A DNA stretch of 64,000 bases from an uncultured Acidobacteriota bacterium (GTDB lineage Bacteria; Acidobacteriota; Vicinamibacteria; Vicinamibacterales; UBA823). The notes below the pieces were generated by a model. The model worked only from the letters and a program-made list of their open reading frames with translations, was not told the origin of the DNA and made no database searches. The DNA lies in NCBI GenBank assembly GCA_913052135.1, contig CAJXDY010000005.1, forward strand, positions 7,696-71,695, in the 5' to 3' direction. Below, in pieces: positions 31,513 through 39,171 of the stretch (position 1 is its first letter; each line of letters starts with the position of its first letter). Made by a program: the position numbers and the translations under genes.

Positions 31513-33187
31513 TCCGCTTTATCGCATCCTCGCGTGAAAGTTCTCTCGCTCGTAAGGCGATTAAGTCAGATCCGCGAATCTTCAGCATCATTTTCATGCC
31601 TGGGGTGTCATTCGGTGAAAACGAAGCGACGGTGGCGACGACCAGCCAGTCATCGGCACCGAGCAGGATCGCTTCACTATGATCTAGTATGACGACCGTG
31701 ACTTCGGCCGCGATCCGGTCCGCGTATTCGGCTTGAAGATCTTCCTCACTCGCGACGAGCACCTCACGATCGACCAGTTTTGCCCCGGTCGGAGGAGAAG
31801 ATGGTGGCAGCGGTCGTGGAAAGGCTAGAAGTGCCCGTTCAAAATTTTCCATTAATTGCTCGTCATCAAACGAACGCATTTTCTCTCTGAGCACTGGAAG
31901 CACTTCGTCAAGATCGGCGGCGATGCGTGCACTGAAACCCAATTGGTTCAACTGGCGAAACACCCAGTTGACACTAGGACGAAGCATCGGCACTTGAACG
32001 TCAAAAAAGACGCCATACCCATCCAACTTAAAGCCACGTGCCCGTGCAGCCCCCGCAAAATTGATCCTACTACTTGGATCAGACGTCTCTATCCGCGAAG
32101 CGAATTGCTCTGCACCATGTGTCACTGCTTGCTCGAAAACGCGTTCCATAATACGCAACTGGTATCGCGATTCGATCGCATCAGACGAGGCGACCTTCTC
32201 ATTTAGACTCGCTTCCATGGTTGGCCTGTCGCCAATAACAACAGATGAAAGAACGGCCGGATTACCTCGGGCAACCCAAGACGCGTCGGACATTTCAATC
32301 TCAACTCGATCGGGCGGGACGAGCATGTCCGGGCGGGCGTACACCACCAAGTACTGATTCAGCAGTTCGTGGGCGAGTTCTTCCAACGTTTCCTGCAAAC
32401 GCTGCCCTCTCAGAAGGTCGTGACGCTTCCCACCGGTCCTCTCAGTTCCACGGTCGAGGACCATGTCGCGATACCGTGCGTTCGTACCAAATCCTGCACC
32501 GCTTGAAGTTAAGACCACGGCATGCAGACTTGCCCCACTTTCATCGACGCTTTTCAAGACCGCCTGATAAGACCGGCTACTGTAATCAACGCCCTCAGCC
32601 GTCACGACGAGAATGATAGGACGCGTCGTATTCCGACGGGTCAACCCCCGCGACGCGTTCAGAATCGTATCCAAGAGATGGCCACCACTCATGGGTCGTG
32701 GAAAAATCCGTTTGACCGCAGCTTGTAGTTCTTCAGGGTTGTTCCGATAGTCAGTAACAATGGTTGGCCTGTCGCCAATCGTGAACAAGGCCATCTCGTG
32801 AGGACCAGCCATCATCTTGACAAATGATTCAAGGCCCGCCCGCAGATCTCGCAGGTACGGGCGAACCGCTTCACTATTGTCGACGACCAATGCGATTTGG
32901 AACGAGCCGCCCGCTTTCGTGACACTTAACACTTCACGTCGTATGCCATCCTCACGAACAATGAATGCATCGGCAGCGAGACCAACGACGGGATTATCTT
33001 GTTGATCCAGCACGCTCACATAAATCCGCTGGTCACTGGCGGAAGCTTGGAACGACTCGGCCACGGTGCTTGTTGGTCTCGTCAACACTTCGGCTGCTCT
33101 CATATTCGCTGCTAACACTGGAAGCGCCAAGACGTTTAGCGCCAACAAGGTCAGGATGTTAGATACCAGTGTTCTCACAACCACCAC
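31493..33187 (-). CDS. Secreted VWA-domain protein (acidobacterial VWFA-related type) fused to a C-terminal domain of unknown function
   Basis: Signal peptide; YVSVLDQQDNPVVGLAADAFIVREDG; degenerate MIDAS LVVDNSEA; TGGK...LLNQYLVVYARP; then about 240 aa of unrelated sequence. Confidence 0.75.
   Translation of the reverse strand: MVVVRTLVSNILTLLALNVLALPVLAANMRAAEVLTRPTSTVAESFQASASDQRIYVSVLDQQDNPVVGLAADAFIVREDGIRREVLSVTKAGGSFQIALVVDNSEAVRPYLRDLRAGLESFVKMMAGPHEMALFTIGDRPTIVTDYRNNPEELQAAVKRIFPRPMSGGHLLDTILNASRGLTRRNTTRPIILVVTAEGVDYSSRSYQAVLKSVDESGASLHAVVLTSSGAGFGTNARYRDMVLDRGTERTGGKRHDLLRGQRLQETLEELAHELLNQYLVVYARPDMLVPPDRVEIEMSDASWVARGNPAVLSSVVIGDRPTMEASLNEKVASSDAIESRYQLRIMERVFEQAVTHGAEQFASRIETSDPSSRINFAGAARARGFKLDGYGVFFDVQVPMLRPSVNWVFRQLNQLGFSARIAADLDEVLPVLREKMRSFDDEQLMENFERALLAFPRPLPPSSPPTGAKLVDREVLVASEEDLQAEYADRIAAEVTVVILDHSEAILLGADDWLVVATVASFSPNDTPGMKMMLKIRGSDLIALRARELSREDAIKRIETGEF
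32217..32779. repeat. Exact 20-bp direct repeat ATGGTTGGCCTGTCGCCAAT (32217-32236 and 32760-32779)
   Basis: Both copies read directly from the sequence; they are 543 bp apart (in frame) and both encode IGDRPT in the VWA protein. Confidence 0.9.
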
Positions 33188-33195
33188 CCCCTAAG

Positions 33196-33972
33196 CTATC
33201 TTCCTGCCACAAGCACGAGATAATCCATCAGTTCACGATGCTGGACAACTTCTGCCTCGGTAAATCCCTGAAGTTGCCCTAACTGTTGGTCGATCCGTAA
33301 CAAATCAGTCTGTCGTTGAACCTCGGTTTCACGTAACAACTGTGCAAAACGGAATGCCAGTTCGCGTTGTTGACGTTGCTCGCTCTCGTCTACCAAACCT
33401 TGCACGCGTTCAACGAGCGCGTCATCAGTCATGCCGGTTCGACTACCTTCATCTCCAAGTTCCGCATTCGCCAGCGAAACCTCAGAAGCAGAACCAGCCT
33501 GACTTTCAGCAAATTCCTCTCGCAGTCCTTGGGCTAACGTCGCGAATTCCTTCCGCCACTCTGGCTCTGCGTTTTCAAGTACAGGTGCGGTAATCGGTCT
33601 TGTCCAACCTGTCCGCACGAGGAGACCTTCCGATCCGTACGTGATCTCAAGATTAACCAATGAAACAGCCACAGCGGTGACCAGCAACGCAGCTGCTGCC
33701 AACCCAAAGGTGCGAACGGGCTGCGAATGCCACCACGGGCTAGACCCAGAATCATTACGACTGACAAGTTGAAACTGAGGTTCAGGTTCTGCTGGCGCCC
33801 ACTCGGTCAACATGCTGCGTACGCCCTTCAATTCGTCAATCTCCTGCGCACAAGCAGTGCAAGTCATTAAATGACTGGATATCCATTCCCGCTCCTCTGC
33901 ACTACACTCGTCATAGAGATAAGCGATGAGGACCGCCTTATTTCCACATAAATTGAATCGCTTCGAATCCAT
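33196..33972 (-). CDS. Zinc-finger (zf-HC2/ZAS) transmembrane anti-sigma factor
   Basis: HLMTCTAC (HxxxCxxC), one TM helix, coiled-coil C-terminus; start overlaps the sigma stop. Confidence 0.87.
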   Translation of the reverse strand: MDSKRFNLCGNKAVLIAYLYDECSAEEREWISSHLMTCTACAQEIDELKGVRSMLTEWAPAEPEPQFQLVSRNDSGSSPWWHSQPVRTFGLAAAALLVTAVAVSLVNLEITYGSEGLLVRTGWTRPITAPVLENAEPEWRKEFATLAQGLREEFAESQAGSASEVSLANAELGDEGSRTGMTDDALVERVQGLVDESEQRQQRELAFRFAQLLRETEVQRQTDLLRIDQQLGQLQGFTEAEVVQHRELMDYLVLVAGR

Positions 33973-34628
33973 TATGATTCCCTTACTGATAACCGATTAA
34001 CATGCGATTGACTCAGTCCGGCCTCTACCCGGATCGAGGGATTGGAGAGCCCCAATCGCCTGAACTCTTCTCGCAGTTGACTTAGCCCGTGATACACCCG
34101 CGTTTTAATTGTGCTCACCGGACAATCCAATAAATTCGAAATCTCCTGAAACGTAAATCCGTGGTATTCCTTCAGCACAACTGCTGTCCGCTGTTCCTTG
34201 GAAAGAGCTTTCATCGCCTTCGCAACCACGCCGCCTAATTCTCGACGTTCTACTAGATCCTGAATTGATTCGGATGTATCGTCGGCCGGAGCCAAATCAA
34301 GGATGTCAATATCTTCTGGTAAGGCAACAACTGGTGTTCGACGCTCTCGACGCACCCAGTCACGACACAAGTTGATCGCGATACGATAGAGCCACGACGA
34401 AAATTTGGCCTCGCTCCTGAATTTTTTTAACCCTCGGAATGCCCGCAGAAAGGTTTCCTGACAGACGTCACGGGCATCGTCTTCCCGACCGATCAGGCGA
34501 TAGGCAAGTCGATAAATTGGCCGTTCCCATCGCTGCATGAGTGCATTAAAGCTCTCAGTATCACCCTCAACATATCGGGCGACAAGTTCCTCATCGGTCC
34601 AACTCATCGTATCCACCAATGTCCCCAT
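33972..34628 (-). CDS. ECF RNA polymerase sigma factor (sigma-70 family)
   Basis: Region 2 DARDVCQETFLRAF...FSSWLYRIAINLC; region 4 HTH GFTFQEIS...STIKTR. Confidence 0.95.
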   Translation of the reverse strand: MGTLVDTMSWTDEELVARYVEGDTESFNALMQRWERPIYRLAYRLIGREDDARDVCQETFLRAFRGLKKFRSEAKFSSWLYRIAINLCRDWVRRERRTPVVALPEDIDILDLAPADDTSESIQDLVERRELGGVVAKAMKALSKEQRTAVVLKEYHGFTFQEISNLLDCPVSTIKTRVYHGLSQLREEFRRLGLSNPSIRVEAGLSQSHVNRLSVRES

Positions 34629-34685
34629 TAATCACACATCCTTAGTCGACGCATACCTTTGGGCGCACGTGCGACTTCTATAACT

Positions 34686-34712
34686 TTAGACGACACAAAC
34701 CCTCGAAGAGTT
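34686..34712 (-). promoter_or_regulatory. Putative ECF autoregulatory promoter AAC-N17-CGTCTAA
   Basis: Minus strand AAC (34712-34710), 17 nt, CGTCTAA (34692-34686), about 58 nt upstream of the sigma ATG; matches the common ECF AAC/CGT pattern. Confidence 0.55.
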
Positions 34713-34753
34713 GGCTACACTACCTCTTAAAATTCTAGCAAACCTTCTAAAAC

Positions 34754-34782
34754 GATAAGTCATTGTATAAAATGACTTTATC
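34754..34782. promoter_or_regulatory. Palindrome in the divergent sigma/ABC-F promoter region
   Basis: AAGTCATT-gtataa-AATGACTT, a perfect 8-bp inverted repeat (34757-34778) extendable to GATA/TATC, overlapping a TAAAAT -10-like element. Confidence 0.5.
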
Positions 34783-34793
34783 TGTTTCCTACA

Positions 34794-36743
34794 ATGATCC
34801 AATTATCTTCAGTTACAAAAGCCTTCGGTAATCAGGTGCTCCTAGAGCGAGTGAGCTGGCAGATCTCGGTCGGTGAACGGGTTGGTCTTTGTGGTCCGAA
34901 TGGTGCTGGCAAGACGACTCTCCTGCGAATGCTTGTTGGCTTCGAACAACCTGACGAAGGAAGAATTATTTTATCGAACGATCTGAAAGTCGGTTACCTG
35001 CCACAGGATGGTCTCGCTCATTCCGGTTGTACGCTCAATGAAGAAGTAAGCAAAGCGTTCCAGCCCCTGCTTGATATACAGGGTGAGATGCACTTGCTTG
35101 AGGAACAACTTGGCGATAAATCAGTGTCAACTGATGCGTATAACGAAAGATTGTCACGATACAGCGATCTCCAGGAAATATTTCGTCGTCGTGAAGGCTA
35201 CATGATCGATCTCAAGATCGCGACCGTCCTGCGCGGTTTAGGATTCAAAGACAGTGACTTCACTCATCAAACCCATACTTTTTCTGGTGGCTGGCAAATG
35301 CGGATCGCCTTGGCCAAGCTCTTACTGAGTCGTCCAGGATTGCTACTACTGGATGAACCGACGAACCATCTAGATCTGGAAGCCAGAAATTGGCTTGAAG
35401 ACTATCTCAATGGTTACCCTCATGCAGTGATACTCGTTTCCCATGATCGATTTTTTCTTGATGCAGTCGTTACCCGTATCGTCGATGTCGGCGCTAGAAC
35501 ATTGACAAACTATACCGGCAACTACAGCAGCTATTTAACAGAACGTGATGCACACTTGAACCGTCTCCGAGAACGCAAGCGCCGACAGGACGAAGAGATC
35601 GCGCGGATTAGACAGTTCGTAGATCGGTTCCGTTACCAAGCCACAAAAGCAGCGCAAGTGCAAAGCCGGCTTAAGATGCTGGACAAGTTTGTACCCATCG
35701 ATGTCCCGCCAGAACGGAAGCGAGTCCACTTTACGTTTCCCACGTGTCGACAAAGCGGACGTCAGGTCCTCGAATTACAGGATGTTCAAAAGTCATATGG
35801 GGAGAATGTTGTGGTTCGCAAGGCGGCTCTGTTCGTAGAACGTGGCAACCGAATAGCTATCGTCGGGCCTAATGGAGCAGGTAAATCAACCTTAATGCGT
35901 ATATTGGCCGGAGTCGAATCGCCAGACGTTGGCCAGCGTTATCAGGGCCATAACGTGATCGCCGAATATTTTGCTCAAGACGAAGCGGACCAGCTTGATG
36001 GCTCGCGGACCGTGCACGAAACGTTGGCAGCTGGAGCACCACTTGAGGCGGTACCGACGATCCGTAACCTGCTGGGTGGATTTCTGTTTTCTGGTGATGA
36101 CATCCACAAACAGGTAGGCGTACTATCGGGCGGCGAACGAACGCGGCTAGCAGTCGCCCGGATGCTGCTGCGACCAGCAAACACCCTGCTTCTAGATGAA
36201 CCCACTAATCATTTAGACATTGATTCGACTGACGTGCTTCTTGAAGCACTTGCGGCATTCAAAGGTACACTCATTTTTGTTTCGCATGATCGCTATTTCG
36301 TTGATCGTTTGGCAACACAGATTATCAAAGTCGGTACTGGCGACGTCTTGATTTATCCGGGCAGTTATGAGGAATTTCGGTGGAGTCAGCACGAAAATCA
36401 ACAACCTAGAGATCAGATTGTTAAGGGTGGATCACGAAAATCCGAACAGGTCGGCGCAGGTAAAAAGCATAAACAAGCCATTGCCAAAAAGCGAAAGGCT
36501 CAACGCACTGTTGAGACTCAACAGAAACAAATTGCCGATCTTGAGCGACAGATCTCTGAGCTGGAAAAAACCCTTAAGCAGCTTGAGTTGAGGATGGCCG
36601 AACCAGGATTTTATAACGACCCTAAAGCATCTCAGCCCACCATTAACCACCACCAAACGCTCATGTGGCAAGTTGGCGATCTAATGCATCAGTGGGAAGA
36701 ACTCCAACTCAAGGCAGGTGTCGAACCCGCTGGCGAGTCCTAA
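34794..36743 (+). CDS. ABC-F family ATP-binding protein (YheS/Uup-like translation factor)
   Basis: Two NBDs (GPNGAGKT; FSGGW/LSGGE; LDEPTNHLD twice), PtIM linker, C-terminal coiled coil, no TM segments. Confidence 0.94.
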   Translation: MIQLSSVTKAFGNQVLLERVSWQISVGERVGLCGPNGAGKTTLLRMLVGFEQPDEGRIILSNDLKVGYLPQDGLAHSGCTLNEEVSKAFQPLLDIQGEMHLLEEQLGDKSVSTDAYNERLSRYSDLQEIFRRREGYMIDLKIATVLRGLGFKDSDFTHQTHTFSGGWQMRIALAKLLLSRPGLLLLDEPTNHLDLEARNWLEDYLNGYPHAVILVSHDRFFLDAVVTRIVDVGARTLTNYTGNYSSYLTERDAHLNRLRERKRRQDEEIARIRQFVDRFRYQATKAAQVQSRLKMLDKFVPIDVPPERKRVHFTFPTCRQSGRQVLELQDVQKSYGENVVVRKAALFVERGNRIAIVGPNGAGKSTLMRILAGVESPDVGQRYQGHNVIAEYFAQDEADQLDGSRTVHETLAAGAPLEAVPTIRNLLGGFLFSGDDIHKQVGVLSGGERTRLAVARMLLRPANTLLLDEPTNHLDIDSTDVLLEALAAFKGTLIFVSHDRYFVDRLATQIIKVGTGDVLIYPGSYEEFRWSQHENQQPRDQIVKGGSRKSEQVGAGKKHKQAIAKKRKAQRTVETQQKQIADLERQISELEKTLKQLELRMAEPGFYNDPKASQPTINHHQTLMWQVGDLMHQWEELQLKAGVEPAGES

Positions 36744-36770
36744 ACTTGCACACCATGAAAACTACACCGT

Positions 36771-37718
36771 CTAAGCACGAGGGTGCGTTTTCTTATACAA
36801 CGTAAGCAACTGGGCTGCATTGACATGCGTATACCTTTGCGTGGTGCTGAGCCGCGCATGTCCTAGCAGTTCTTGAATAGCACGTAGATCGGCTCCGCGT
36901 TCGAGTAAGTGTGTCGCAAACGAATGCCGAAGCGCGTGTGGACTGATACCTGACCGATCGCCGCACTCAGAAACGTATCGACGTACCAAACGATCGACGC
37001 TCCGAGTGGACAACCGCCCTCCTCGATAATTAAGAAATAACGGATTGTTTCGGCGCCGTGTAAAATTAATACCCACAGGGCTTGTCCCCTGCTTAGAATG
37101 ACCGCCAGCAATTAGTGCCGTCCTGTCTTTGAGATAAGATCGGATAGCAGCAGCGGCCCTCCGATGAAACGGCACCTCACGCTCTCGTCCTCCCTTTCCC
37201 TGCACGCGAACCAATCGACCATTAAGATCGATATCTTCAAGATCTAGACTCACGAGTTCGCTCAAGCGGAGCCCGGAAGCGTAAAACAACTCAAGGATAG
37301 CCTTGTCTCGTCGTCCCAAAGGCTGAGTCGCGTCTGGCCTACTCAACAACTGTTCTACTTCACCCATTTCAAGATGAGCGGGAATCTTATGTTCAAGTTT
37401 GGGTGTCCCAACCAATGCGCCAGGATCACCAGCAATTTCCCCCTCGAGCCTGAGATATCGACCAAAGACGCGTATGGCTGCCAATTTTCTGGCTGAAGAA
37501 GCGCGTGAGACGCCTCGGCGATAGAGTTCAGCCATAAAAGCCCTTACTGCTAGGTCCTCGAACTCGCTGACCGGAACCGAAGACGATTTTCGCCCCAATT
37601 GAACTGCCAAAAATTCAATGAATTGGGATAGATCGCTCTCATAGGCACGTGCAGTGTGCACTGATACGTTACGGTTCAACCGTAAATGCTCAAGAAATGA
37701 ATGCAGGTGGTCGTACAT
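36771..37718 (-). CDS. xerC: Tyrosine recombinase XerC
   Basis: LYASGLR-like FYASGLRLSEL, GKGG, HALRHSFATHLL, LLGH...TTQRYTH; conserved position after topA-trmFO. Confidence 0.93.
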   Translation of the reverse strand: MYDHLHSFLEHLRLNRNVSVHTARAYESDLSQFIEFLAVQLGRKSSSVPVSEFEDLAVRAFMAELYRRGVSRASSARKLAAIRVFGRYLRLEGEIAGDPGALVGTPKLEHKIPAHLEMGEVEQLLSRPDATQPLGRRDKAILELFYASGLRLSELVSLDLEDIDLNGRLVRVQGKGGREREVPFHRRAAAAIRSYLKDRTALIAGGHSKQGTSPVGINFTRRRNNPLFLNYRGGRLSTRSVDRLVRRYVSECGDRSGISPHALRHSFATHLLERGADLRAIQELLGHARLSTTQRYTHVNAAQLLTLYKKTHPRA

Positions 37719-39084
37719 TTACTTGCCTTCCACTATCTTGACACCAGACTGACAAATCATCCAACGCACGTTCAGCCATAGCCTGGCGACGCATTGATCG
37801 GCGCCGCGGCCCTTTAATGAGCGGCGGTAATAACCCAAAAGTCATATTGGTAGGTTGATAGTTGCTCGAATCAGCGTGGGCAACATAGTAAGCCAACGCA
37901 CCCAGTGCAGTGGTGCGCGGTAGGCTACGTGGAACCTGACCATGACAGAGTGCCGCAGCATTAAGTCCCGCAATCAAGCCTGAGGCTGCACTTTCTACGT
38001 AGCCTTCCACTCCCGATATCTGTCCAGCAAAGAACAAGTCAGCACGACGCTGTGTTTGCCAAGTCTCTTGCAACACACTTGGAGCATTAATGTAAGTATT
38101 GCGATGAATCATACCGAAACGAACAAACTTTGCGTTCGCAAGACCCGGAATAAGCCGGAGCACTCGCTCCTGTTCTGCCCACTTCAACTGTGTCTGAAAC
38201 CCAACCAAGCTGAAATGGTCAGCAGCCAAATTGTCTTGACGTAGTTGAACCACGGCATAGGACTCACGACTGGTATGAGGGTCGACCAAGCCAATCGGCT
38301 TCATCGGACCAAATCGCAATGTGTCGATCCCGCGACTAGCCATTACCTCAATTGGTAGGCAGCCCTCGAAAAATTTCGTGTTGTCAAAATCATGAATCGC
38401 CGCTACTTCAGCGCTCTGAACAGACTCCACAAAATTAATGTACTCTTCACGAGTGAGCGGGCAATTCAAATAATCACCCCTTACTGAATCAGAATCAGAC
38501 AACAAAGTCCTGTCGTTTTGATTAACTTCTCGATCCCATCGTGAAGCTCGGAATGTTACTGTTTGATCGATTGAGTCAGCAAGCACGATAGGACTGATCG
38601 CGTCATAAAAATACAAATGGTCTGTGCCCACAAACCTAGCGACTTCGTCTGAAAGCGAGGCTGACGTCAGAGGCCCAGTAGCAATTATTACAGGTTCCAA
38701 TGGATCGCAAGGCGGAGGGATCTCATGAATCTCCTTGCGTTGGATCGTTACCAGTGGATGCGCTTCAAGTGCGGACGTCATCTGATCGGCAAATTGTGTC
38801 CGATCTACTGCTAGAGCCGTCCCTGCTGGCACACTTGTTTGATCCCCGATCTTCATCACTAGTGACTTGAGTTGCCGCATCTCTGCCTTCAAGAGACCGA
38901 CTGCGCTTGTAAGTGTGTCTCCCCGGAATGAATTACTACAGACCAGTTCTGCCAAACGGTCCGTTTGATGGACAGCCGTGGCCTGCTTGGGCCGCATTTC
39001 ATAGAGGCAGACCTCAACGCCAAGCGATGCAGCTTGCCAGGCGGCTTCGCTACCCGCCAGTCCACCACCAATAATATGAATCAT
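37690..39084 (-). CDS. trmFO: Methylenetetrahydrofolate-tRNA (uracil-54) methyltransferase TrmFO
   Basis: IIGGGLAGSEAA, AELVCSNS, FFEGCLPIE, GFQT, HRNTYI, GVEGYVESAASG. Start placed at ATG 39084 (ORF track 39105). Confidence 0.96.
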   Translation of the reverse strand: MIHIIGGGLAGSEAAWQAASLGVEVCLYEMRPKQATAVHQTDRLAELVCSNSFRGDTLTSAVGLLKAEMRQLKSLVMKIGDQTSVPAGTALAVDRTQFADQMTSALEAHPLVTIQRKEIHEIPPPCDPLEPVIIATGPLTSASLSDEVARFVGTDHLYFYDAISPIVLADSIDQTVTFRASRWDREVNQNDRTLLSDSDSVRGDYLNCPLTREEYINFVESVQSAEVAAIHDFDNTKFFEGCLPIEVMASRGIDTLRFGPMKPIGLVDPHTSRESYAVVQLRQDNLAADHFSLVGFQTQLKWAEQERVLRLIPGLANAKFVRFGMIHRNTYINAPSVLQETWQTQRRADLFFAGQISGVEGYVESAASGLIAGLNAAALCHGQVPRSLPRTTALGALAYYVAHADSSNYQPTNMTFGLLPPLIKGPRRRSMRRQAMAERALDDLSVWCQDSGRQVNVRPPAFIS

Positions 39085-39171
39085 GATCTGTTGGAGAGTA
39101 ATCAATCAACCCGAAGCGCCAGCATGACCCCACCTCGATCTGTAAGCGCTCTCAGTTTGCGGTGTTCCCCC

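Noticed and set aside
36771-37718. Tyrosine recombinase as a mobile-element integrase
   Set aside because: Sequence and topA-trmFO context identify housekeeping XerC; I recognised no att or dif site nearby.
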